From Welwitschia mirabilis (lineage: Eukaryota), in contig JBOZIK010000001.1 of NCBI GenBank assembly GCA_051453625.1, positions 48,913,181 through 48,950,043 of the forward strand: a DNA stretch of 36,863 bases, read 5' to 3'. Under the pieces are notes generated by a model. That model was given only the letters and a program-made list of their open reading frames with translations. It was not told the origin of the DNA and did no database searches. Position numbers and translations under genes: made by a program. Positions 1 through 12,030 of the stretch are shown here, in pieces (the stretch's first letter is position 1; every line of letters starts with the position of its first letter).

Positions 1-1110
1 GTTTTATATGTGTGTGATCTGAAAACTAATTTGCTTAGTGTTGGACAACTGTAATAGAAGAGCTATGAAATTCTAATTAAAAATGGAGTATGCCAAGTGA
101 AAGATGCAAATCTTGGTTTGATTATACAAGCTAAAATGACTAGTAATAGAATGTTTCCTGTTAAATTGCAAAATTTAAGACTTAATTGTTTATCAGTCAG
201 ACAAAAGAAAATTGCATGGCTTTGGCATTATAGGTTTGGTCATCTTCATTTTGGTGGGTTACAAAAGTTGCAGCAGAAGAAACTAGTTAAAGGTTGGCCA
301 AAATTTCAGCAACCAACTGAAATATGTGAAAAGTGCACACTTAACAAGCAACACAGAGATCCATTCCCTAAAAACAAAGCTTAGAGGACACAACATGCAT
401 TGGAATTGGTATATATTGATCTTTGCAGGCCTATTAATCCAGCTTCTAATGGAGGTAAGTAGTATTTTATCACCTTCATTGATGATTTTAGTTGCAATAC
501 CTGGAATTATTTTTTGTAGCACAAATCTAAGGCTTTAGAAGCATTTAAGAAGTTTAAATTACAAGCTGAGAAGGAAACTAATAGGTTAATACATGTACTG
601 AGGTCTGACAGAGGTGGTGAGTTTATTTTGAAGGAATTTGCAAAATTCTATGAAAACAATGGCATTAAAAGGCAATTGATAGCCTCATATACTCCACAAC
701 AAAATGGGATGTGTAAAAGGAAGAATAGGACTATAATGGACATGATCAAAAATCTTTTGAAGAGGAGCAATTTACTAAAAACTTTTTGACTAGAAGCTGT
801 TGCATGGAGTGTTAATGTCCTGAACAAGTGTCCTTCAAATGCACTTAAAAAAACACTAGAAGAAACGTGGAGTAGAATCAAGATAGCAGTGCATTACTTT
901 AGAGTTTTTGGGTGTATAGCCTATGCACATGTTCTAGGCCAGAAGAGGATTAAGTTGGATGACAAGGAAGAAAAATGTATGTTGCTTGGTGTTAGTGAAA
1001 AGTCCAACACCTACAAGTTACATAATACTATTATGAAGAATCTAATAATTAGTAGGGATGCAATTTTTACAAAAAATGAATTTCTAAACTGGAATTTATT
1101 AAAAGGAAAA
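1..1110 (+). pseudogene. copia GAG-pre-integrase plus rve integrase, disrupted
   Basis: ORF fragments 97-384, 326-538 and 889-1113 with the HHCC-type motif (WHYRFGH...CEKC) and FRVFGCIAYAHV...SRDAIF. Confidence 0.92.
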
Positions 1111-1349
1111 TAGAAAACAACTATTATTGTTAATGAAAAAGAGGCTAAAAAGGTACAACAGCAAGTGGAAGGGATAGCTGAGGTTCTAAAGCCCATAACA
1201 CCATTGCAATCTACTGCAACAATGTTACCTAATGCAGCATCTGGCTCCAGACCACAATGCATTAAAAGAAAACCAGCTTGGATGGCAAATTATGAGGTAA
1301 TAGGTTTACCTAATGTTGAAAACATTGATGCTATTTCTCAATTTGCATT

Positions 1350-2870
1350 ATTTGCAGATTGTGATCCTGTTAGATATGAAAATGCTGGAACAAAAACAAA
1401 ATGGAGGATCAATGATAGAAGAAATAAAGGCCATAGAGAAGAATGAGACATGGGAACTTGTGAACCTACCTAAAGGAGAGAAATCAATTGGAGTGAAATG
1501 GGTCTACAAAACAAAACTCAAGCCAAATGGAGAAGTGAATAAATACAAAACATAATTGGTGGTTAAAGGCTATAAGCAAGAGTATGGAGTGGACTACATT
1601 GAAGTATTTGCTCCAGTGGCAAGGATTGATATAGTAAGAATAGTTATTGCGTCAACTGCATGAAACTCATGGCCACTTCATCAATTAGATGTCAAATCTG
1701 CATTTTTGCATGGAGAGCTAAAAGAGCATGTATTCATTGAACAATCCCTTGAATTTATTGTTTTAGTACAAGAAAGTAAAGTTTATAGATCAAAAAAGGC
1801 TCTCTATGGATTAAAACAAGCTCCAAGATCTTGGTATGATAGGATTGATACATATTTCCTAAAGAAAGAATTTTTTAGATGTCCATATGAGCATACTTTA
1901 TATGTGAAGCATGTTGGTAATAAGATAATCATAGTATTTTTGTATGTACATGATCTAATATTTATTGGAAATGATCAAGAGAAGTTGGATAGCTTCAAAC
2001 ACTCTATGAAGATGGAATTTGATATGATAGACCTAGGCTTATTGCATCATTTCCTGGCTCTTGAAATATCTCAAACAGATAAAGGTGCTTTTGTGTGCCA
2101 AAAGAAGTATATCAAAGAGAATCTGGATAGATTTGAGATGGGAAGCTGCAACTTAGTTCTAACACAAATGAAATCAAGATTAAAACTTAAAAAAAAAAAT
2201 CAAGGGGCGAGATGGTGAACAAGACACTCCATAAGCAAATTGTTGGAATTTTGATATATGTAACAACATCAAGACTAGACATTATGCATGCTGTTAGTGT
2301 TATCAGTAGATTCATGGAAAAACCAAGGGAACAACATCTCTTAGCAGCAACAAAGATCCTTAGATATTTAAAAGAAACAACAGAATCTGGTCTTATATAT
2401 AAGAAAGGTGCTAAATGTGAATTAGTTGGCTTTGTGGATAGTGATTTTGCAAGCGATTGTGATGATAGAAAGAGCACTATGGGTTATGTCGTCTTAATTG
2501 GTTTAGGGGCTGTTGCATGGAGCTCACTATTGTTACCCTCTCAAAAACTAAAGAAGAATATGTAGCAGCCATGACAGGTGCATGCTAAGCTATATGGATG
2601 AGGAGAGTACTTACAGAACACAAAATGAAGCAAGGAGAAGCTACACTATTATACTGTGAAAATATTTTTGCTATAAAACTCTTAAAGCACCTAGTTTTTC
2701 ATGGGAGAACCAAACATATACATGTGAGGTATTATTTTCTATGAGAGTTGGTGGCAAAAGGAGATATTGAAATGATATGTTGTAGAACAGAATACCAAGT
2801 AGCTGATATTTTTTCAAAATAAAGACATTCTGTAGACTAAGGAATATGCTTGGAGTTTGTTACAGCAGTG
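1350..2870 (+). pseudogene. copia reverse transcriptase (RVT_2) and RNase H, disrupted; the catalytic YVDD reads YVHD
   Basis: ORF fragments 1313-1555, 1706-2218 and 2212-2565; FLYVHDLIFIG; SRLDIMHAVSVISRFM. Confidence 0.92.
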
Positions 2871-2927
2871 AGTCCACTTAAAGAAATGGGTTAGAAAGAC
2901 TTTAAACTAAGCTTATTAGTTTAGTTT

Positions 2928-3198
2928 AAGGGAGAAAATTATGGAGAAACAAAGGCTGAACATACCAGCATTTAGCCATATGGAATGCCAAGTTAGCATT
3001 GTTTTAGATAGGATTAAGTTTGTTCTATGTCTGTTAATGTTTTATCTAGTCTTTAGCAAGGTTGGTGATTTGTTCTCCTATTTTATAGCAACTAAATCAT
3101 GTAATCAATCATTTCCTTGTATTCAGGAGTCCATTATCTATTTTAAGTCTATTTAAGTTAGAGTTCTATGTGTTCAAAGTTGTAGTACCATTCCCACA
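2928..3198 (+). repeat. polypurine tract (aagggagaaaa, 2928-2938) followed by a probable ~260 bp 3' LTR ending ...ttcccaCA
   Basis: PPT just downstream of RNase H; TATA-like 'cctattttatag' inside. The right boundary is inferred from the CA end only, since the partner LTR is not in the window. Confidence 0.6.
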
Positions 3199-3303
3199 TA
3201 TTAATAAAAGCTTTAGTTCAGCATTATCTGTTATTTTCTTCTCTAATATCCCTTTTAAGTTTATAGTTCTTTGACAAATATAAGTGGATTTTTGTTCTTG
3301 AAG

Positions 3304-3367
3304 GTGTTCCTCTTGACTCTTATCAGATACTCCATAGCGTGTTACTGTGCTTTTTATGCACATTAAG
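3304..3367 (+). CDS. candidate internal exon of an unidentified host gene: (G)VPLDSYQILHSVLLCFLCTL; alternative in-frame acceptor at 3326/3327
   Basis: T-rich tract + AG acceptor (ttgaag| or ctcttatcag|), open frame, AAG|GTATTG donor at 3368. It ends in phase 2, which matches the next exon candidate. Confidence 0.45.
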
Positions 3368-3487
3368 GTATTGTTTTATCTGAAGTCCAGTTGTAGACAT
3401 TTGTTGGTGACCTAAATTTACACTTCAAAAGTAATCAATGCTATAAATAGGAAATTGCAATTAGGCTTAGTATAGGGTGAATTAACC

Positions 3488-3587
3488 NNNNNNNNNNNNN
3501 NNNNNNNNNNNNNNNNNNNNNNNNNNNNNNNNNNNNNNNNNNNNNNNNNNNNNNNNNNNNNNNNNNNNNNNNNNNNNNNNNNNNNNN
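3488..3587. other. assembly gap (100 N)
   Basis: run of N. Confidence 1.
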
Positions 3588-3695
3588 AGCTGAATAAGTT
3601 TGATTTGTTGGAGTATTTTTAGGAGTCTGTTACTATGTTATTAGCTGAATAAGTTTGATTTGTTGGAGTATATTTAAGAGTCTGTTACTATGTTA
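3588..3695 (+). repeat. 55-bp tandem repeat, two visible copies, abutting the gap
   Basis: agctgaataagtttgatttgttggagta...gagtctgttactatgtta starts at 3588 and again at 3643. Confidence 0.9.
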
Positions 3696-3869
3696 ATCTT
3701 ACCTTATCTTTAGGAAGAAGTTATATAATCATGCTGCAACGTTTTAAGAGTTTCAGTTGAATCATATTTAAATTGTATTCAGAGCTGTGCATGTTATGTT
3801 TTAGAAACATCAATTAAACATCATCTTTTCTTTCCTTGTCTGTCTCTATTTCCTTTAGTTTACAATCAG

Positions 3870-3939
3870 GAGCTTTGGCCCTCACAACGGCACTGACGGC
3901 GTCCTCAATATTGCAAGAGAGCTTGTGTTAAGTCATTGA
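3870..3939 (+). CDS. candidate terminal exon of an unidentified host gene: (R)SFGPHNGTDGVLNIARELVLSH*
   Basis: Long polypyrimidine tract (3820-3860) + CAG acceptor at 3867-3869, abrupt rise in GC and CpG, TGA at 3937-3939, phase compatible with exon 3304-3367. Confidence 0.5.
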
Positions 3940-4129
3940 GAGCCTGCCAATGATGATGGTAATGGCATCAGGGAGGAGAGAGGTGGTGGCCTTGCAGGCA
4001 ATGGAGGTTGTCCTATTTCCAAACCCCGCTGAGATAAATTATTAGGGACTATAGAAAGTAATCCATGTCCAGATGCCACCCCTGGTTTACTGCGTGACGC
4101 TTTCCTGCCGAACCCTGATGCTTTGTACC

Positions 4130-4325
4130 AATGGTGCACGTTTACTTACGCGATATAAACTCTTTGACTAAGTCTTGCTTCCTTTTAACAGCGAATGCTG
4201 TGATTAGCACGTATCTCTCGTTGCATCGTGGACGTCATACACGTCACCCGCATCATCAGCCCCGTTTAAATGAATTGTTAAAACTACAAAAGCTTGTGAA
4301 AATGACACATGTGACATGCGAAAAG
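4130..4325. promoter_or_regulatory. CpG-retaining segment with clustered ACGT-core (bZIP-type) motifs
   Basis: CACGTT 4137, CACGTA 4208, GACGTC 4231, ACACGTCA 4239 (TGACGTGT on the minus strand), TATAAA ~4154. Confidence 0.35.
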
Positions 4326-4349
4326 GTGAGACACATATGAATAAAGAAA

Positions 4350-6420
4350 ACCCTTCTTAATTTGAGTAACTAATTCTTATATTTTTATTCAAAAAGACTT
4401 ACTATAAGTCAACTTTTATTAGTGGAAACTAATTTTATGTGAAGAATCTTTATTAGTGGTAATTCTATGGCTAATCAAATGAATGAATTTCAGTGCATTT
4501 TAGTACTTTGAAATGCCATTTTAAGTAAGAAAGCTTGGGTTGATGTAGAATGCTTATAAGAAAGATTGGCCATTACAGAATCTAAAAATAATGAAGATAG
4601 AATTAAAAACGACAAAAGACTTATTTGTAATAAGAAAAGGTTGTTTGTGAATGAACATCAAGGTTATCTTTTGAAGACATTAAAACAAGATCCACACAAT
4701 TTTTGAAAGTTGTTTCGCAATAGAGACTCATCTTTCAACAATATTTATTTTGAAGAAGTTAAAGCCTTTTATAAAAATCTTTTTTAACGTGAGGTGAATC
4801 AAAAAGCTAGACATGTGAATTCAGATGGAATACAACTTTCTTTAGATAAGGTTAGGATGGAATTAATAAATTAGCTTTTGGAAAGGCCATGGATGTAGAT
4901 GAACTATATGTAGGATTACTAAAATGGAGTGGTCCATTAGTGTGGAAATAACTATTAAAAAGGTTGAATGATGGATTTAAGAATGTACTAGACAAGCAAT
5001 GAATGAATAGTAGAGCTATTATGTTGTTTAAGAAAAGGGATAAGTTAAACTTAAATAACTATAGGCTAATCATGATTAGTAATTTATTTGCAAAATTTTT
5101 ACGTGTTATCCGAGAGAATAGGCTATGAAATTAGGTTAAAAAATAATAATTTTCATGCATTAGAAAGATGGATACAATAGGTAATAGAAAGGTACGAAAT
5201 GAAGATGGGCCAAAACTCATGCCACCGCTCAATTTTGGTAGATGATATATCACTAGTTACAAATTCTAATGCAGGACTTCAGACTATGTCAAAAGTAGTA
5301 AAAACTTTTTGTGAATACTTTGGGATGAAAGTACATGTTTTCTTATCTATCAAGCAAATGATCGAAACTATAGCTTCTAGATAAACAATACATAATTTAA
5401 GATTGTTAATACATATAAATGCCTAGGATTTGAATGTTTTCAAAACTATAGTGGAATCAATGCATATCACAAAGAATTACCAATGGATGAAAGACTCTTT
5501 ATGCTATAAAGAGAAAATGTAGGAAAGAATATATTGGGTCATAGAAGGTATGAAAGTAATTATTTCATATGATTATGCAATCATTCATTTTATATGTGTG
5601 CATAGTGTGGAGTTCAAGGATTACAAAAGACTTGTGAAAGAAAATAGAGAAAATTTAAAAACAATTTTTAATTGATGAACTTAAGGTTAAAGCTCAAGTA
5701 ACATATGAAATGTTACTACTAAAGGTAGATATGTTACATATTTAAGTTGAGGAAATATATTAATTTCCAATTCTTTTTTAGAAGATTAGACTCAATAACA
5801 AAAATTAAGTTTTCAAGTGAGGTATTACAAATCACTCAAAAAAAAGGTTGAAATGCTAAAGAAACATTGTGGCTATAAGAATTAGGCATTTAAGATCATG
5901 ATATAACTAGAAATCCTAAAACAACTAATAATATGATGGTAAACAAGGTTATTGAGAAATGGTGTAAGATAGCTAAAAGAAAAATAAACTTCACTTCTAT
6001 TATGAAACTCTTCAAAGAAGCAAGATTGAGAAAGAAGTAGAGTACATATCTATAGTAATACAATTACAAATAAGAAACATAAATAGTAAAATAGGGATGG
6101 GGTCTCATCATCTTAAAGTTAAAACTAGAAGATGAGATAATGTTCAACTAGGTGATCTAGTATGTTAGCTTTTCCTATTACAAGTAGAAGAGGATAAGCA
6201 TCATATTTTGTTGGAGTATTATATCATTAAATGTTTTCGATGCAAATAGCATATCATGATGTTATCATCAGTAATAATAGGCCATTATTTTAAGGATGTT
6301 TTTAGGTTGTATGAGTATTGGACATATTTAACATATGCTAGAAATATTGATACCAATGTATTTTGTGTTGCTTGAATGATCTAATAGACCCATGAAGTCT
6401 ATCTAGATGTAATAAATTTT
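4350..6420 (+). mobile_element. non-LTR retrotransposon (LINE, RTE/RTEX-like ORF2 relic), 5' truncated and internally deleted
   Basis: Translated motifs: WVDVEC (~4536, WFDxEC linker), KQDPHNF, GKAMDVD, LFKKRDKLNLNNYRLIMISNLFAK (~5025-5095), SILVDDISLV..GLQ (YADD region, ~5235), YKCLG (~5415), MGSHHLKVKTRR...VC..EEDKHHILL (C-terminal Cys/His region, ~6097-6215), AATAAA near 6412. Confidence 0.85.
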
Positions 6421-7009
6421 TAGCTTTAATTTTAGTTTCTTTAAATAATTAATTATTAATATTTAAAAATAAAATAGTATTATAAGTAGTTTCTTTTTAA
6501 AAGGCTATTTGTAAATAAACCACTTGCCTAATACTTGGAGATAGGCTTGTGTGACTTCAATTATTTTATCATATTTCATCTAACTTTAAAAATTTTTTTC
6601 TTCTTCTTTAATTTAAAGTATATTATTGAGAATAAATGTTTTTTTAATTTATATTATGTTTTTTTCATTAGGCAAGAAGGATTACCTATTTTGGAAGTGA
6701 AATGAAACATTCGTTTCCTATTTTATTAACCAAGTTAACAATTTTTTATTTGATCAACTTAATAATACTCTCCTTTAATTGTAACTTGGTTTTACATTTA
6801 GAACCTTTTTTTGTATTCTTTTTTAATTATTTTATCTTCTTTCTTTTGACTTTGCCTTCTTTTCATTACATTCATCATCTTTAAAATTGTTTTGTTTTTA
6901 AGTTTTATTTGAAGAATTAATAGGATATGACATCACATTTGTAGACTATTTTAAGTACCTTATTTTATAACGTGTTTTATTTGGTGGATAACCATTTTAT
7001 TAGTTTGTC

Positions 7010-7048
7010 TTAGTTTTATACTTTAGTTTTATACTTTAGTTTAATACT
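7010..7048 (+). repeat. 13-bp minisatellite, about three copies (ttagttttatact)
   Basis: visible directly. Confidence 0.8.
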
Positions 7049-10000
7049 TATTTTATTACTTTGTTTTATTAGGTGGCTAGCCATTTTATCACTTTGTTTC
7101 CTGTTATAGCTTGTTTAATTCTTAGACAAAGTTAAAAATCACAAATACAAATACTTGACACAGCTTCACCTTTTCATTACTTTGGTCAAAAAAGAAGCAT
7201 ATCTATAAAGGAAATTGTATTCCATCTATATAACAAAATTTAATCTAAGATTTTAAAAAACTTTTTTTTTAACTTTATCTTTGATAGCTTCTTCGATGAA
7301 TTTTTCGATAACTTATTTACTGACGTCTTTTGATTACTTAAATTATTCTAGATTAAGAGCCCTTAGCTATATAGGTGCTTGGCTTAAGTTTTAATGAATC
7401 TATTTAAGTTAAACCTAAATATCTATAATGGTGTTTCATTCTTCATAAAGAGCCCTTACTTTTTTTGCCTCTTTCTTATAAAATTTATATCTTCTTTTCT
7501 TCAATCTAAGTAAGCTGGGCTTGTGCTTTTAAAACTACTGTTGAAGTGCTTCACTATTGCTCTTTGTCTTTGTTAGTTCCTTTTTCCACTATTTATACAC
7601 ATATTAAACCTTTATTCTATATTTTTCAAAAGTTTTGAAGAATTTCATTAAAAAAATATTTTTCTTATTTCTTCACTTCATTTGTCTCTTTTTTAATTGT
7701 TTCATTTAATTACGACAAATGTATTATACCTGCCTCTCATAGTTCCATCTTGGTAGTCTCCTTTATGTTAATAATATTAAGCCCATAATTTCTTAGACTA
7801 CCTTAGCAATTATAATTTCCAAAATTATATTATTATTCATAATTTCATTGTCATTAATATCTTTAAGCTATGAATGAACTAATCTTTATAGTGCTCCCTT
7901 ATCTTTATTCTCAATTAAATGTTTTGCTGATTTATTATAAACCTCTACATTCCTTGTGAATCTTTAGGAATAGGACTAGTAATAATGTCAAGAAAATAAT
8001 CATTAGCATAGCAACCATACTTCATCTCTTTTAATAAAATTTTCATGGTACCTTTCAAATGCATTTTGGCTAGTAATAACAATAAGGATCATCACTAGAA
8101 ATGATCAAAAACTTTATGTTATGTCTCTTATCATTTTACTAAAGTTTGTATTCGTTCCTCTATTGGGTTATTTTTTTAATTATAGACATAAAGGTGATTA
8201 TTTTTGTTAGTTACTTTGACAACTTAGGCAAGTTGTGTTGTGGGAAATTTTCTAGAATATCAAAATTTAGTGTTAACACACCTCTAAATAAAATAGTATG
8301 GTCTTTTCATAAGGATGAAATAGCTTCTTCCATGCTCTTTTTTGTATTTTTCATTGATTTTGAGGATGAAGTGTACTATTTTAATAGATATTTTGATAAA
8401 ATTTTGACAAATAATAAACTTTTTGTATAATATTCTTTAGTAGTTTGAAACTTGAAACCAAACTCCTTTAAATAAGAAAAATGGAAAGTTTGATTCATGA
8501 GTGATGCATTCCATGCCTCATTTTGGCATTATTTATTTTAAGCAAATTGTTACATATTATGGCGTTATACCATGATAGAATAGTACCTCTTTGTAAAAGC
8601 TTCTTTAATCCTTTAAACTATGTAGATGCACATGGAGATCCTTATGGCCAAATGAAGTAAACAAAATTGACATTTCCTTAGAACTTGCATGATGAAATAG
8701 GTAAATATTTTGTCATGAATATGAAGTAACTTTTACATGAGGAATGATTCATGTAAGAATATATTTATAAGCCCTCCATAGAAAGAAAAATGTCTAAAAT
8801 TTTTATATCTTATTTGGGTTGATAACATATTGACTCTGGAAATTCATAAGGGAACATGTACTAAACATCCATTTTTCGGTAAGAAATATTCATTTTTATT
8901 TCATATAGCTTAATGTTACACAGTGTTTTACTAAATATTTTGAAAATAATCTAAAATAGCTTTAAAATTAAATGATATCTTTAAAAACTAGATTCCTTAT
9001 AAACAATTATAGATTTTTCTAAACATGTACTGAGCTAAAAAATAATTTATATTTTTTTGAATTCATCTAGAGTAATAAGCTAGCAAAAATAATCTAAGAT
9101 AATATATTTAGTATATTATAGATTATCTAGTGATAAATAAATGTGACATGTACTTAGTAAAACTAAAGTTAGGAAGTAAATGGATTTCTTCTAAAACTTT
9201 AATAATGCTATTATAAATGTAATTTAGCTTAAAAATTTCAAGGCTCATTCTTCTAAACTATTACTGCTAATCAATGTTGCCACAAATTTTGATGATATAA
9301 TTACATATAAAGTGAACAAAAAGGAATAACAACAAAAATAATAAAAAGCTATTAAATAAAAGATGGATGAGATGGTGTCAACATTATCTCATTAATAATG
9401 TTTAGAGAAGTAAGAAGAAAGAAAGTGAGTATTTGTATTTAGCTAAAAAGGAAGACATGAATTTTTTTCCCCTTTGGCCTTACAAAGTAAAAGTTTAATG
9501 GTTAACAAATTTTCTCTTTAAATATGAGTTACATCATGTTAAAAATGCTATGGACTTATTAGTTTTATAGCTTCCTCATTAGGTATTTTGGCAGATACCT
9601 GTATAACATCTTTAATGTATTAATTTCATTAATTATATGAATTTTAATTGAGTGGTTTATTACATATCAGATTGTAGTGATTTGGCTATTATGTAGAATT
9701 CATTATTATTCCTTCACACTTTATAGTCTGATGCTCTTTATAGATAGATAGATTTTTCTCACTCTTATTAATCTTCATCTCAATGCTCCTAGTTTATATT
9801 TTTAGCTTCATTAACTTGGATTATAGGACACTGATTTCCAATAAGACCATTTACTAATTCTCATGAAATCTAAATCATAAAATAATATAAGAACTATTTT
9901 TTTCTTGAGTTAACTATTTTAACTTCTACAACTTTTAAAACCTTAGCACTAAATGAAAATGATCTTACTTCCTTTCTCTTTATTCTGTATAAACATTTTA

Positions 10001-11499
10001 TGAATAATTATGAAGTTAATTTAAATCATAACTTTCATTGTAACTAAAGTTAGTTACCATTTAGTTAATGAAATAGATGAATTTATTTCACTTCATTTAT
10101 TCATTTAAATTCTTCTTTTAAATTTTACTTTTTCAATCAATTTTTTAGATTAAACCATCATATGTAATACCATGTTAGAATTTTAGAATAGGTATCCTTT
10201 TGATATCATGTTTATGATTAATGCATAATTTTAATTGTTTTGTGAGTAGTAGAAGAAACATAAAAAAAATCAAAATTTTATTTATGCCAAATATTATTAA
10301 ATAATTAATAGTTAATAATTAAGAATGAAACATTATTATTAATAGTTGCCTTTAGATAATTGGTTGTGGATGAACCACCTATTTAAGTCTTGGGCTTAGG
10401 CTTATGTATTATCAACCTTTCTAACACACCCTATCTGACTTTGACATGTTTCTTCTTATTCAAGTTTAAGTATATCATTTGGAATAAATTTCTTTATCTA
10501 TATTATATTTTATCAAGTAGAAACGATTGCATCTTTTAATTATGAAATGAAATGTGTTATTTCATGTCTCATTAATTAAGTTAATAATTATTAATTTAAT
10601 TAACTCACTAGTACATATTACCTTTAACTAATAAACTATAATATAATATTTTAATTTTTGAAAGAAGAAAAAGTCAATTTTTAAAACAAGGAGATCACAC
10701 TCTAGGACTTTTCAAAAACAATGTGCATTAACATGATAATTCAACTTAAGGAAAGAAAGTCAAGTATAAAAAGTTCAAATTAAAGTATAAAGAAATATCC
10801 TAGGTCAAACTACATATATAGTGGAAGCATATGAGTATCAAACTAATGGAACATTTGACATGAATTCATATGAAAGTATTAATATTATCTTATCATAATA
10901 TTACTTTACATGATAAAAGAACTATTTCTCTCAAGTGACATATAATAAATTACAACACATGGCTTATAATTATTAAAAAGAACTACATGTGTGAAAGCAT
11001 AATTTCACAAGATGTAAAAAGTAAAATATGATTTTAAAAAAAATAATATTTTGTAAATATTCACTATGATTCTAAAGATTATTTATAACTCAAACAAACA
11101 AGCAAGATAATTTAAATAGTCAAAGCTACCAAAGAAATTTTCATATAAAAGTAATTTTCCTTGGAAAGTTTATTTCTTGAAATCATATAACATGGATATA
11201 AGTAAGTAATTCAAACATTACATTCAATTCTACACAAAATGTACAACAATCTAGACTTAAAAGATAATACTTGAAAAACTAAATTCTTCAGATCCACATA
11301 GCAAACTCTTTGACTTTAACGAGATTTGCACCAAATTTTGATACATTTGATTTAAAAGATAACTCTTTGATTATCATGAAATGAATTATAAAAGAATAAA
11401 AATATCTAAATTATGTATCAAATTAATAACTAATTGGTAGAACCTAACATATGAATGTTTATTAAATCAAAATAACACTTAGCTAATTTTAAGCTATTT

Positions 11500-12030
11500 T
11501 GATCCATAGAAAGAAGTAAAAGGAAAAAGAGAAAGAAAATGGAGAGAGAAAATTTAGAAAATTGGACTTAGAAATTCTTAGAATCTCCAATAGATCATAC
11601 AACAAGTTTCCAGAATTAAACATTCAAGATCAAGTAGAATCAATTGAAACTAATAGAAATAGTTTATCTAGGAAAAAACTATAAAAATTATATTAAACCT
11701 ACTTTAACTAAGAACATTACAAAAACTATAAATCTTGCAAAATAATGGATTGCATATTTTAACTAATAGAAAGAGGTAAAAGGAAGAAGAAGGAGAAAAG
11801 GAAGAGAGAAAATTAAGAAGAATGGACTTAGAGATTCTCAGAACTTTTAAAATACTTAGAATATGTCTTAAAACAACTTTCTAGAATCAAACATTCAAGA
11901 TCAAATAGAATCAATTGAAACTAATAGGAACAATTCATCTTAAAAAAACTACAAAAATTATAGTCTATCTTACTTTGATCAAGAATATTAAGAAGACTAT
12001 AAAACTTAAGAAATAGTGAATTGAATATTC
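11500..12030 (+). repeat. diverged ~260-270 bp tandem duplication
   Basis: aagaagtaaaaggaa (11511) vs aagaggtaaaaggaa (11771); aaacattcaagatcaa.tagaatcaattgaaactaatag at ~11617 and ~11889. Confidence 0.85.

Larger units (their letters stand above)
1..3198 (+). mobile_element. Ty1/copia LTR retrotransposon, 3' portion (GAG-pre-integrase, integrase, RT, RNase H, PPT, 3' LTR), degenerate; 5' end lies outside the window
   Basis: Copia domain order INT-RT-RH. Motifs: WLWHYRFGHLHF (~217), RSDRGGEF (~601), YTPQQNG (~688), IGVKWVYKTK, KKALYGLKQAPRSW, GFVDSDFA..DDRKST, FHGRTKHI, QVADIF. Many stops and frameshifts. Confidence 0.95.

Noticed and set aside
4119..4131. Minus-strand tggtacaaagc resembling a Met PBS
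   Set aside because: Needs an indel to match, and no LTR or gag follows
3933..4139. Minus-strand 68-aa Pro/Ser-rich ORF
   Set aside because: GTG start, no recognisable domain; short ORFs are expected in a GC-richer patch
6702..8430. Hydrophobic F/L/I-rich ORFs (6702-6884, 8146-8430; similarly 24777-25061, 27170-27364, 28355-28621)
   Set aside because: Compositional artefacts of T-rich non-coding or antisense TE sequence
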